Translations under genes and position numbers: made by a program | Assembly (NCBI RefSeq): GCF_964204645.1 | Contig: NC_134025.1 | Location: forward strand, 11,904,001-11,968,000 | Source of the DNA: Tubulanus polymorphus | Taxonomy: Eukaryota > Animalia > Nemertea | DNA: 64,000 bases | Direction of reading: 5' to 3' | Notes under the pieces: model-generated | Told to the model about the DNA's origin: nothing | Databases searched by the model: none | What the model saw: only the letters and a program-made list of their open reading frames with translations | Part shown: one piece after another, positions 50,811 through 64,000 of the stretch | Layout: each line of letters starts with the position of its first letter | How positions within the stretch are numbered: the stretch's first letter is position 1

Positions 50811-53800
50811 TTACACCATCCCAGGCTTTGCATACATCGGCAAATGGTAATCGTTATAAGTGAGAAAACTGAGTAATCTTGTTTCTACGGCTCGTTTTGC
50901 CCCGGAGTTCTTGTATTCATCTTGCAAGGCTTGTCTCGTAACGCGATTTATCTAGAAAATTTACAGAGAAAAATATTCGTTAGTAAGTTGTTAGTTGTTA
51001 TTCCGTCATATATCTAATCTCTTTGTTTACATCAGCTCTACAAAATATAATTCAGTTTATCCGACTATGAGCCTGATACTTAATTTTATGAAAATAGGTG
51101 CACTGGGTACTAAATAAAGTAAAAAGTAGCCCCTCCAATATTTTGCTTCAAAAATTTGAAATATGAAAAGTACTTCTGAATTTCAAAATTTGATGTATGG
51201 ACTCTCATCCATTCCCTGGAAAAAAGCTTTGAGCTTTCTGAGCCCTTGTGATCCTAGAGCCTACCAAAAAGTGAATTAGCCAATTAGCCAAATCTTGAGG
51301 CTGTTGTGCAGCCCTTGATAAAAAGATTTAATAGCTAAAATTATTTTAGATGGACTTTCATGTTTTTTCAATAAGAATCTTGTAGATCCTTGATCTATGT
51401 TTCACAATTTCTACATAAGATGGAAATGCCCCATTGCAAAAAGCGCTACCACACATATGAAAAAGGGCAGGCCTATGTACCAAAATAGGATAGGCTAGCA
51501 GTGGAAGGTAACTAGTCATACTCTGTTAATTCATTATAAGATACGTCATTATTTGAAATGTCAATAATTTTGAGTTACAATTTGTACTCCAATTCAATTT
51601 AGTAAATATAAATCATCAGTGTTACAGATATGACGGTCCCAAATATAATGACTTAACCCTTTCAGTGCGTCTACACCGCAGTGCGGAGTACAAATCAGTG
51701 ATGGATTTTGCTAGTACACCGCACTGCAGTGTATTGATGTAATTAGTAATTACTAATTATCTCTCTTGAAAGATGGCAGCACCTGTCAAACATAGTGAAA
51801 TATTAGTAACTAACGATACACCACGCCGCGGTGTAGACACACTATAGGGGCATTCCCGTTATTCAACACACTAGGGTGGAATTTTTCAGAATTTTCAAAT
51901 TATCTTCAGCACTATAGGGTATTAATTAGCCAGCACTGAAAGGGTTATGCGAGCTTGACTAAATAAGAATAAAACTGATTGTTTACTAATTCGAATTGGA
52001 TTGGTGGGTTACGTACGTTCATATCATCATCGACTAATGCGCGGACGCGTTCTTCTAGAGCTTCAACATTTTCAGACTGAAAAACGAACAACATGCAATG
52101 ATTTGAAATGTATGAATATAATTACAAAAAGCCTTATATACAGCATAATTTGTTCCAGATACATTGAAAAACCGGGTGAATTACTAATCAACTTACAGGC
52201 TGCAAGACCAGCAGTTCACGCACTTCATCTCGGAAATCTGGAAAACGGTCGTGGAATAGGGCCAGACTCCAAGCTTCACTGAAAAAGCTTTTAAACAAAA
52301 AATAACAAATTTGTTATTCATGTGTAGATTATGTCACAACTTAAAGATACTTTCATAGAAACTTTTTTAGACTTGAAGCAAGAAAACTTTGCAAAAAGCT
52401 TTCGCAGAAATGTACAAATTCTGAGAAGCACAGCATTAAGCCACGAAGCCACGAAATATTGGTCTGGCCTTTTGTAGCAGAATCATGTTTTCAAAGAGAA
52501 ATTAACACGACATGGACGTAAGTGTGAGCAGCTTTTTTCATGTATTCAGTGGTCCTCGTTCTTAAAAGAATTGATGCATGTTTGTGCAATCCAAGCATGA
52601 TTTGAGGCTTATTTTCCCATCACTTGAGGGAATTTCAACTATTGGTCGGGCTTTGGCAGGAGCTGTGAATTTACAAAGAATGTATATTTTGCACTAATAT
52701 TTTTTCAAAACTTTGATATCCTGCAAAAGGCTGATGAATCTAAAAGGCATTTATATAATCTGTAAATCAATGTATCGTGCCAGGTCAGGCAATATGTTCT
52801 GGTTGGTTGCATACCTGTACAAATCTGGGACAAGATTTTCATCAAATCGTGATAGCAGATTGTTCATATAACGCTGATGTATGCCATAAAGACATAACAA
52901 GTTCTTTGAAATTTTCTGTAATGAAAATTAGTGTAAATTGTACGTATACAGTATATAGTATGTAATCAATTAATAACAATCCAACAAAACCGCAATTATC
53001 AAATATTGTCAACTTATCTGACTGACCAGCAAAATGGCTAAAAGATAATACCTGTTTTGATAGACAGGTGATAGTTTCAACCATTTGGTACTGATTAATG
53101 TGAAGTCGGAAAAACTCTGGTTCACCACCAGGAGTTCCTGTTATAATTTCTTTGCCCTAAAAAAAGATCAAATGCTAAACAATAGGTTAACGTCTTTTCA
53201 GTCCAACCGATTCCCAGTTGACCAGCCCAATACAAAGTTATAGAAACAAAAGATCATTAAGGCTTATCATAAATTTTTGTAAAAACCTATACCACAAGAT
53301 CGACTGGTAATAGTGAATTGCAATCATATGATTTTTGTATCACTTTACTTACGAAATCTATTTGTGCCATCTGAACATCCAAGGCTACTGTTAACCCTGG
53401 TTTAGCAACATGTAGGTAGTGAAATTGCCCTGTTAGATAATAGAATGGAACATGATGAACATTTAATGTCTGCCGAAGATTTCAGATTCAAATGATTCAT
53501 TTCGTTCTGCCCTTGATCAGTATCATACCTGGAAGGACACCGGCTTGAATCTTAGGTGTTCGATACATTGGGATGAGTTTCAGAATTTCAACGGGTGGCT
53601 CTTTCTCGGGCTCGAGTGTTGGATCAAATAAACTCAGCATTGTATTGGCAAGCTATAGTGATACCAAGATGTACATATAAGACATAAACAAATGAAAACT
53701 AACATATTGAGACTCAATGAAGGAATTACAATAGGGGTCCAAGGACACCAGCCCACATGGTGAAATCCTTTAGAATCTGACAATTTCAATATTCAACACC

Positions 53801-56800
53801 CCTTGGTGATGAAATACAGTAATCAAAGAGCTTAAAATAAATACAGTAATCAAAGAGCTTGAAACTCAAGCTAGAAACTCTTGAAAACCCCAATCATAGA
53901 ACTTGTCATAGGCAATAATTTTGAAATAGTCGTTTCAAAATATGCTTAGGTGCCAATATGGAAATACCATGTTATTCTGTCCCAAGTCGACTAATTATTT
54001 CAGAAGTTGAGAAATTAACTGAGGCCCATTACGCAAATCGACTTAAATTTCATTATAAGTGATACTTGAGATGTTCTGTAAATCAGCCCAATGACGTCAT
54101 AAACAATAACATTCAATAAATACACTTTACCTGTAAGCCAACTTCCTTCGAGTTAAAATTACCATGAGTCCACTGATCGGCATGGTATTTACGCTGGAAT
54201 TTAGTGAATGTACCCGCTCCGCGAATCGACACATCATTAGTATGGAAGGATGAATCGATGACAAGTTTACCATCGAAAACCAAACACGAATCATTGATCG
54301 CTGAAGACAGTACATGAGAGCATTATCTTAGTCAACACAAAATAGAGTACACAATTCATGTAATGATTTAAGATCTTGAGCAATCATGAATGAAAATGTA
54401 TTGATATGACATACAGTACCTTTGAACGCTTCATAGTCAATTGTTTTCTTGTAAAAGCTGAAGAAAGCCTATCAAAAAATGGCAATAGATTATGTAGCAG
54501 TCATGAAGTAAATAATTATCACATCATGTACGCAGTATTCACGTAGAAACCGGTCAGAATACCGATTAATATGCAAAATATGGAGAATTACCAGTAGACA
54601 TGTCAAATAAGACTATAGTGGTTTTCGGTAGTTATCAATTTTCCCTATTATTAGTGCATTTCTGAATACTTGGGCATGATAAATTGTAATCAGTAGACAA
54701 TAAGTACTATCCAAGTACAGAGTAGTAACATTTTCAAAAGGGTGAGAAGTATGCTATGTTAGTGGAAAGAGTACACCAGACTCTCCTATCCCCTGTATTC
54801 AAGAAATTCTTATTTAGAATTCGAGCTTTTAAAATCTTTGTGCAGTGCCATCTTTTCACTTAACAGGATTCAAACCCATGAAATCAAAATGGACACACCA
54901 CCGATTGGGCAAACCACTACATGATATGAAACCATGTGCTTTCATCTTATCACTACCAGGTTTGAAAGTTTATTCATCTAACATTTAAAATTACATATCT
55001 AAGGGTACATAGCTGCTGTGTTACAGATTACCAGTTCTGCGTTATTGAATACAACTACAAATTCTGTTGGAAATTCTAGTTAGCCAGGAATATTGCATGA
55101 ATCTTCAACTTACAGCACATTCGACTCGTACTGGTTTAGTGGAGGAAGTGAATGATGCCGCATATATTTCAGATCCTCCATTTCCATCATTCCACTGAGC
55201 CAGAATAAAACCTTGGTGAACTTGAACTCCGAGCGATTGTAGTGATTTCATTACGACATTATCAACAGTAACGTTGTTGAAACAGGTAGGCTGAAAAAAA
55301 AATGACCTAATCTCACCATATGGTTTTTCTTGGGTTAATTCACAAAAATACCAATGAAATTTACATGAAAGCAGTTTCCTTTAATACATGTACGTGATAC
55401 ATACTTGATCATTCAATGGAGGCTCGACCAAAATTATCCTATCACCGCTGATACCAAGTGTTACAAGTGTTTGTATGCAACAATATGCGTCCAGGTTGTT
55501 CCCATAGATCAAAACTTTACCTGAAAGCCAGTACCGGAATGTCAATATTTAAGAATTGGTGTTTCTCCCAAGAAAGAGATCATATATCTCCTAAATAGTT
55601 AAGCAAACACAGAATTGCATGTATAGGGTAACTCAACTCCATCTTAAAGTTGGAATAACCTTCCACCATAGAGAATCAAATATTTTGTAGTAATCAAATG
55701 AGTAGTAATAAATTCTCATATAGATTTTCATTTTCTGTTCGTTTTCATCTTGTAAGGTCGTTAGATGAAAACGCACCTGATTTATTGAGGAAATGATTTT
55801 CTAACCAGTACAATACAACGGCGGCATCGTAAGCATCATTGATGACGAACAGATTTTTTGGAGGTATATCCTGGTAACGTCGGTCTGGTCCATACGGCGC
55901 CTCAGCTGTCGTAACAAGCTTTGTAATATCGGCTTCATTCGGACATGGTATCTGATACTGTTGACCGGTGCATACTATAAGGTGATCATATGGAACGACT
56001 GAGGCATTGTTGACGATGACACTTTTTGTATTTCTGTAAGAAGAGTTGTGAACGATATTCACTTCATAAACCTGTAGTCGAGATTCTTTTAGTTTGGATA
56101 ATACACTGCGTAATACGTGAACATGATTGTAAGAGTATGACTGGATCTCAAAACAATGTGATCAGTGATACTTTCTTAAACTGCAAATTAGGCAGGAAAA
56201 AGCAATATTCGAGCTGAAGTATACTGATAAGAGAGAAGCATTCGGGTGTCTGCCACATTGATGTATTCGGTAATATATTCACGGTGCAGTCATTTTTTTA
56301 AAACTTTATCCTGTCAACCTCTCGTATACATATTTTAAACTCACTTAGAAGGTAATTTTTTCACTCTCTCTCTATTTGTGTTTTTTTACTATTTTGTCTC
56401 ATATTATCCCTCTTTGTTGATGTATTGCTATAATGTTTCATCATGAAATTTGACAATCTGAGAATTTCAATATTCAACACCCCATCAATCAATGTACTTA
56501 GGGTTCTGTAGCTCATCTATTCACCGCATTTGAGCATAGTTATTCTACTACTCTAGAGACCCTAGATACAGTTCCACAGGTGTAAGTTAAATTTGACTTT
56601 ATAGTTAAGACATTGAAAATGAATTGATTTTAACTCAATATACAGTATAATCTCAAATGCACTTACCTATCAATTGCAGTCATTTTGCCATATACTACAT
56701 TTACCCATGTTCTCAGTGACATATTGGCATGGTCATCTTGACTGTAGCACATACTGAAATGTATCAATGAAATATGGCACATATAAATGGAAATATTCAT

Positions 56801-59800
56801 AAAATGTAAATACGTAGGATAGCAAATGACTAGATGATGAGCAGATAGAAATCTCAATAAGGAACAGGTCAATTGAAAACTGTTATAAAATACAGTAAAC
56901 CATGCGTAAGTCGGATCTTATGGGACCAAGAAAAATCCTCAGACTTAGAAAAAGTCAGATTTCCAGCCTTTTTCCAAAAACTATGACTTGAGAGTAACAA
57001 GAAACGAAATTCTTAATATGGACTTTCCTAAATTTACATTTACATTTACAGCATTTCAGCTGTGAGTCGTGATGGAGACTCATTGTCAATCTATGCGATT
57101 CTAGTTGAACAATAACAGGTTTTCTGTCATTGGTGTCTTGTTAAAAGATGGCACAAACATCAGTAAGTATACTCCCCTTATGAAAATGGTACACGTGTAT
57201 TTAGCTAAATACACGTGTAATACACGTGTAATATGAAATTACACGTGTACTTTTGACGTGTATTTTGAAGTACATGTGTAAAACACGTGTATTTCTAAAA
57301 TACACATGTAGTTTGGACATGTATTTTGAATTACACGTGTACTGAAGATGTGTATTTTGAAATACACGTGTAACTTAGGACGTGTATTTTAAAAACACGT
57401 GTAAATACATGTGCAATCTGGATGCATGTACTAGGCTAAATTATACATGTACCTTGTTTCTCATAATTGGCCACTTTTGTGAACTGCAATAAAATTTGTA
57501 ATTACATCATTTAGCTTCACATGATTTCATAAAAAGTAAGATTTTGCATGTAATGTTCGGAGAATTGAAGGAATCTCCTGTCTATTTAATTGTTTGATCC
57601 TCATTTAGTAGTTTTTTCCAGGATGCCGTGTCAAAAAAGTCATGTTGTTTGTCCTGTATTGACTAGATTGGATCCTGTATGAATGAAGCACATGTCTTTG
57701 TTGCCCTCTGAATAAATCCAAAAACTGTTTCACAAAAATCATGATCTGAACAAAAAATTTTGGATATTTCATTTATTATCAAGATAACTAGAGGCTTAGG
57801 GGACTGCCCAAGCCCCGAATTACAATGTTATTTATGAAAAATGTTGAATATATTGCTGTCACCAGCTCCAAGTGTTCTGCTTTCCTTGTAGGCCCATTCA
57901 TTAATTTTGCTAGCTAGCTCTTCTTAGCCGAGGAGTCTTTTCAGTTGTTCATTAATGGGCATGTACACAAAAAATGTCCTTTTTCCTCTAATGTTGCCTT
58001 ATCATACTGTATATCACATAATGAACATTTGTATCATACCTGCAGTTTTTTAAATAATGTCTTATATACAGCGCAGTAATATTTGTTCACCTCCGCACAT
58101 AGAGAAAATCTTTTCAAAATAGGCATTTAGAACTGCGTAGAACCGCTTTTCAGTAACAGTAAATTCAACCGATCCAACAATCCAGTCAAAACAGTTGATG
58201 TGGATCCAGCTTCGAGGGAGAACGTCATATAATAGTAGTAACAGCCCCCTGAAGGGTCACCTCAGCATTTGTGTGGAGAGGATCATCTATTTCCATCAAT
58301 GAGCTGTGGCTGCAAAACAGATTAAACATTGTGGTGATTGGTCAAGTTCATATCGGATGAGTAGATTGGCAATTAAGATTGCATTCACTTTAGTCATAAG
58401 GCACTGTATTACTAACTTACGTCGTCACAACCATTGTCTGCATTATTGGTGGATTGTGGCCATTTTCAATTCTTAAATCTTCCAGATTCTCAAAATCGAC
58501 TTCTTGAAAAATCGAAATGTCCATCATTTAGCAACATATTACCATCTACAAAACAAGAAGTAATTTGAGAATAAATTATTCCCAAGCATATAGAACTTAA
58601 GGCTACAGTAAGCCTATACGTAGGTTGGTTTCCAGCTAGCGATTTCGTAGCCTATTGTTGCGATGAACATGCATAACGTACCAGATCGGACCTGGCTTTT
58701 TTGCCTGTAAGGGCTTATATACGAAATACATAGCATTGTCTATCATACATTATCCATTATATATGTATACACCATATTTTGTATGTTATACACATAAAAA
58801 GTATGTGGTACAATGCGATCGTCCAATATACAGACCCTGAGACAGACAGAGGCCATCCCCTCAATTAGAACTGAGCCCGCTTGTAAAAACTAACAACATT
58901 AACATTAAACTAAACAATTGGCCTATGCAATTGCATAATTCTCCATGTCTCTTTGTTTGTCCTGTCAACTTTATTGTCAAACCAATAATATACTTGTTTA
59001 ACATTGAATTGATAAGAAGAACCAATAAAGTCAATTTGATTTGCTTAGATTTAAAATGATCTTACCTCCAAATGTTTAACATGTAGGCCTACTCGCGTAT
59101 TTTAACTGACCTGCTACTTGCAATTTCTTTTTCAAACTCCATGCTTGCAAAAGACGAATTCGGTTGGTATACATCGATATTTACGGGTAATTTTTCCACT
59201 AAAAAGTGCATCTTTATGTTATTTGTCTTCCATTTTGGAACACTACTAAAATGAAAACCTCACCGACGAACTGACGAGCTCCGATTAAATGGTTTTCAAT
59301 GAACAGAAAAACAACCTAGACAAATCTAATCTCATCTAAATGTTGAATTAAATAGTAACAGGCCTTATTCATGCACCTTTTTGTCTATTTTTATAATACA
59401 GCGTATATTAAAATGATCGTCATTTCTTCACTGAATCGTTATTTTCAACTTACTTAATTGATTTTGCCTTAGCTTCATAATAACTTAGTATAAGTTATTT
59501 TTACGAATTAAATATCACTAATCACGATTATTCTTAAATTCTAAAAGAACTAAAATGCAGATGTAAAACTTATTAATAATTAAATAATCTATTTCAATTA
59601 AACTCCCAAGCACCCCTGCGCGGTGGCAGCCATATTGCCATTGTTAAGCAACACGTTTTCACGCCGTTTTCACAGGCTTTCACGATCTATTCAGTATTCT
59701 TTTCTCATAATGATTGCAAAACGCATTAATGGATGACAATGTATAATAGGGGATCATTGACAACTGGACCAAAAGTGACACTGCTTCTTTGTTTGCGGTG

Positions 59801-62800
59801 AAACACATAGTGGATCATTGAATGATTAGATTCATTACTATTAGTAGAGAGAGTGGATTCGAATGGAAGTGGAACAGAAAAAATCGAAGGCCATTTATTA
59901 TCCCGCGTTTAAAGGACGCGTTGTGGATTGTTCAGGTATGATTATTGTTATGTACATGTAGTAAAGTAAAGGTTTATTGTGTTGGGCTTCAGGCCACCAC
60001 AAGGTCACTAAAAGAATATGTTTATTGGAATGAAAACTAACATGAGTAAGTAAATATTGTACTTGTAGGCCTAAAAATTGTGAGTGATCATTCCAATCGT
60101 GAGGGATAAAAATGGAGTGTCTTTGGTGTTTATTCATCCAATCTAAAAACCACAGGGTCATTTTGATTTTGTTGTGCGTCCATCATCGCCATTAAATTTG
60201 TATGCTGGACATGAAATTAGGTCGCTGTCGGAGTTTCGATTGGGGACAAAAACGACGTTAGTGCAATCAATTCTTGACCATTTTTTTTCAAACTTTATAG
60301 GGTCTACACCAATAAGAATTGATCCGATGACCGACACTATAAAATTGGAATTCCCATTTTTTTGGCTTAAAAATGTGTCCACCAGGGGATTGTTGGAAAA
60401 CGATGTTAGTGCGAGAGAGCCTTCAATTTTCCACTGATTTCTCAACAACGACAGTGTGATGAAAATCAGGTATTTACATAATAGATTATATGAGCGTCGA
60501 AATGGTTTTAGTATAGATTACAGCGTGAGCATTGTAAATTCTTCTCATTTTAGGATGCCTACTCACTATTGGATGATACATTAGCTGCTGCCATACGCTG
60601 ATTAGTCGGAAAACCTAATACTGTTGGGTGCATGCATGCTGTCGTCCACTCATTTAAAAGAAGAACTTATTGTCAAGGCATTGGACTGGATGCGACGCAA
60701 TGAAAGTCTTCCATGAGGAAAAAAGTTGGACCCAAACCGGGTCAGCTAAATAATACGTAAGTACATGAATTCAATATATAATGGCTAGCGTTCATTTGTT
60801 GTTGAATTACAGGGGCGGATCCAAGCTGGAAGAACGAGGGTTCAGCTCTTATGAAAAGGGCCCTAGTCAATACAGGTCTCCCAGTGTGAAACGGTTGTAT
60901 GGGGTTTGTGCACTTTGATCATAGGGTGGAATTTTTCTCCTGTGATTCAAAAGGGCACTTGGTCAGAAAAGGGGAGGGTTTAACGTTTAATATGGCTCGA
61001 GGCGAACAATCACCGTGTCCTGATGCGTTGGGTGATTCAGTCGAAGGACGTGTTGGATTCGGGCGATTCAGTCGGCGCAGACCCTGACAAACTAGGTGAT
61101 TTTACCGACGATTTCATTGCACAACATAAGTGCTCGACGAAATTGCCTAATGTGTCCCCAGCTTTAGTCCATTTGAGACTTTAGTCCAAGCGGGCTATTG
61201 CATTCACCCTTCGTTCGTCTGTTGTTGGAATCCAGTATTTTGGGAAGTTTTAATACTCTTGATATTTAAGTTATACATATATCTATCCTAGCCATGTCTC
61301 CAGCCCAAAACTGGTCCGAATCAAGATGGCCAACTGCATTGGCCATTTTCATTCCCCAAAATCATAACTTATGCAATTTTTTGCAGTTTTCAAGGGAAAT
61401 TTTGAAGATGCTTCAATCTTGACACAAGATGGCCATCATGTGACCTTTTTTGTACCCAAAAAGGTCATTTTTGTCTTGTAGCTGCCTAATGGTTTGCAAT
61501 TTTTCTTTGAAATTTGTAATGGGTGTACATTCTTAACAATCTAAAACATACGAGACAGATTTTTCGATCAGTCAAGCGTGACACATTTGGCAGCCATCTT
61601 AGTGTCATCAGTTCTTATTCATAGATAGAAAAAGGTTTTTGAAGGAAAATATCAACAGGTTTTGACTTATAGTCTTGATATTTGATAATTGTTACCACTG
61701 TTGTAGTATTCATCTCATGTGGAATTGGGGTTACCCAGGTTTTTGTTCTCACCACCAGGGGGAGTTGAATATTGAATTATATAGGGGTCATTCATTTATT
61801 ACGTACGCATTAGGGGAGGGGGGAGGGGTCAGTGCAATTGCGTACTGTAATGCTTAATGTATATGAAAAAATGGCCGATTTTGCGTACAGAGGGGGAGGG
61901 GGTTATTATGTTGATTGGTTAGCATTCAAAACCATATGGGCATGGTGTCCCTAGACCCCTTGTTTTTCATCAGGTGGCGTTGAACATTGAAATTTCCAGA
62001 TTGTCAAGCATTTCACCATATGGCTTAAAATCAAGTCATTGAAGAGTGCAAAAACTGTTAACTGCAGAAGACTCTTAGAAAAAGCTACAGGATTCAATCA
62101 TCATCCCAAGCAGCTGAAGTTGAATTATTTATCCGGGTAAAGAAATCATTGTATACTTTTGCTTAATTTTTTCAAATGGTTATCATTTCAGAACAATGTC
62201 GAAAGGAGAAGGGTGCGAAAGAGGCCAACATAAGACATGCCATAACTCAAAGATTTATAAAATTTATGAAGATGAATAAATCAGTTAGTATGGAAAATGT
62301 GAATTTCTTGAGTATGTTCATTCTAAACAGCACATGGATTAAGGAGATTTCCTCACATGGTGGTTTGATTTGAATTCAACAAAAAATGGCAATTGAAGAC
62401 ACATGTATTTAGCGTGTAAGACACGTGTAATATTGGATGAAATACACGTGTAATTAGGATAAAGTACACGTGTAATACAAGATGAAAAACACGTGCAATA
62501 AGGATGAAGTACACGTGTAATTAGGATGAAGTACACGTGTAATTTGGATGAAGTACACGTGTAAAATTGGGCAAATTTTACACGTGTACTTGAAATACAC
62601 GTGTATTTTCATTTACAATTACACGTGTACCATTTTCGTAAGGGTCTTAACTGCTAGAGTCTAAGCATAAATAATTCATAAAGATTTCAAGGCCTACTCA
62701 TTACTTTGCAGTTGCTAGAGTCATTTGATGATTTTAACTGATCTTTTATTTTGGGACTAAGAAAAATACCATGAGAATACTATGTTTGTGACAATAGACA

Positions 62801-63638
62801 TAGAATCCGACTTTGGAATACAAATTTTCTTAAAATAGAGGAAAAATCTGGACCATCGATATTCATCCGATATAAGCAATTATCTGACTTTCACCGATCT
62901 GACTTACGCAAGGTTTACTGGAAATAAATAACTCAGATATGGCATGCTAACCAAATAGTTAAGGACATGATTCTAAATATCATCGATTATTCATATATAC
63001 CAGCATTCTTATTCTGTATAACGTGAAGCATTTTAGAAAATAAGGTATATGTATAAGTTTTACTGATAATCATAAATAGTTTTTGCATATCAAACCACAA
63101 AGAGCTTTGATGACAAAGCATTACTGGGTAATTATCAATCACTGCAATATAGATACCTTGTTCCAAGCATTTGATCACGCAATTCATCTGGAGGTAGCTC
63201 CCCAGGTAGACCATGAGGGGAGATGAGAGTTAGATTGTTGAATCTCAGGTGTGGACTGAAATGCAAAGAAAAATTATTTCATTTTAATATCTAATCACGT
63301 GCTTCCCAGATTCTTAAATCCATTTTAACTGGTGATAAATGAAGAGTTCCATAATGAAAATTTTGAAATTCTTTCATATTAGTCTGAGACCAAAATGTTT
63401 CATTAGGTTGAATAGCAATGCCTGGTCCACCTGATGATGACTGTTGCTCAACAACTGAAATGTTGTCGTTTCATTTCAACGAATCTACAAAATTACTAGT
63501 CATAAATCTAAAACTGCCGCACTTTTCATTTATCAAGATTGATTTCTTTCCTGGCACTCACCAGAATGTGATAGCTTCTAAAAAGCCCAAACCAACGTCT
63601 GATGCTCCGACAACAACAATTCTTGCATTAATGGTAAC
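50811..63638 (-). CDS. CFAP61: Cilia- and flagella-associated protein 61, 3' portion (gene continues beyond the window end)
   Basis: Exons encode VTINARIVVVGASDVGLGFLE (~63562-63638), PHLRFNNLTLISPHGLPG (63157-63256), MSLRTWVNVVYGKMTAIDR, VVPYDHLIVCTGQQYQIPCP, GNNLDAYCCIQTL, AINDSCLVFDGKLVID, LPGGQFHYLHVAKPG, YMNNLLSRFDENL, AWSLALFHDRFPDFRDE and C-terminal YNDYHLPMYAKPGMV* (TAA 50811-50813). Confidence 0.93.
51657..51944. mobile_element. piggyBac-like MITE, copy 2
   Basis: TTAA|CCCTTTCAGTGC...GCACTGAAAGGG|TTAT. Confidence 0.85.
57175..62644. mobile_element. EnSpm/CACTA-type (CMC superfamily) DNA transposon, decayed, ~5.5 kb
   Basis: TIRs CCCTTATGAAAATGGTACACGTGTA / TACACGTGTACCATTTTCGTAAGGG, a 2-bp TSD (TC at 57173-57174 and 62645-62646) and ~250-bp subterminal arrays of TACACGTGTA. 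Transposase-like remnants lie on the minus strand. Confidence 0.8.
57880..58545 (-). pseudogene. Degenerate EnSpm-like transposase, N-terminal part
   Basis: Broken frames read ...KYYCAVYK...KCSLCDIQYDKATLEEKGHF/fs/VYMPINEQLKRLL, which resembles the YC..C/CxxC...F.Y.PI..QL pattern of animal EnSpm-like transposases. GT/AG-bounded exon remnant at ~58421-58545. Confidence 0.55.
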
Positions 63639-63691
63639 CTATAGAATAAATAATACAGTCAAACTAGCTTAAATGTCATTGCTTTACTTAA

Positions 63692-63979
63692 CCCTTTCAG
63701 TGCGTCTACACCGCAGTGCGGTGTATAAATCAGTGATGGATTTTGCTAGTACACCGCACTGCGGTGTATTGATGTAATTAGTAATTTGTAATTATCTCTA
63801 TTGAAAAATGGCAGCAAGTGTCAAACATAGTGAAATACTAGTAACTAACGATACACCGCACTGCGGTGTAGACGCACTATAGTGGTATTCCCATTGTTCA
63901 ACACACTAGGGTGGAATTTTTTAGAATTTTCAAATTTTCTCCAGCACTATAGGGTATTAATTAGTCAGCACTGAAAGGG
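63692..63979. mobile_element. piggyBac-like MITE, copy 3
   Basis: TTAA|CCCTTTCAGTGC...GCACTGAAAGGG|TTAA. Confidence 0.9.
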
Positions 63980-64000
63980 TTAAGTCATCTCTGCAAGATC

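Larger units (their letters stand above)
56893..62920. mobile_element. Tc1/mariner(pogo)-like MITE split by the EnSpm-like insertion
   Basis: TA|CAGTAAACCATGCGTAAGTCGGATC at the left and GATCTGACTTACGCAAGGTTTACTG at the right (right TA mutated to GA). Resembles the intact element at 47513-47999. Confidence 0.7.

Noticed and set aside
57185-57450. Regularly spaced repeats that might suggest a CRISPR array
   Set aside because: The period is ~22 bp with no unique spacers, the array is mirrored at 62395-62644 as transposon subterminal repeats, and the context is eukaryotic with no cas genes.

Overview
AT-rich, intron-dense animal genomic DNA. The repeat types suggest a marine invertebrate, probably a lophotrochozoan, but the species cannot be fixed from the sequence. 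It is not prokaryotic, and most ORFs in the track are spurious or exon fragments. Splicing by eye gives five conserved genes: WAC (-), MRPS10 (-), ERCC6L/PICH (-), DNAL1 (+, head-to-head with ERCC6L) and the 3' part of CFAP61 (-). The introns are crowded with non-autonomous DNA transposons (piggyBac-, Harbinger-, Tc1/pogo-, hAT/P-like, Helentron-associated) and SINEs. The most unusual structures are: (1) an apparently exact ~474-bp inverted copy of nearby DNA inside an (AT)n tract; (2) a 5.5-kb CCC-ended EnSpm/CACTA-like element with CACGTG arrays, a decayed transposase and a possible BEN-like second gene; (3) CAG/CAC-ended elements with 5-, 6-, 6- and 8-bp target duplications; (4) a frameshifted GPCR pseudogene inside ERCC6L; (5) a hammerhead-ribozyme-like core in a Penelope-like relic; (6) long fold-back palindromes. 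I cannot claim a new biological system with confidence. All coordinates were read manually and may be off by a few bases.
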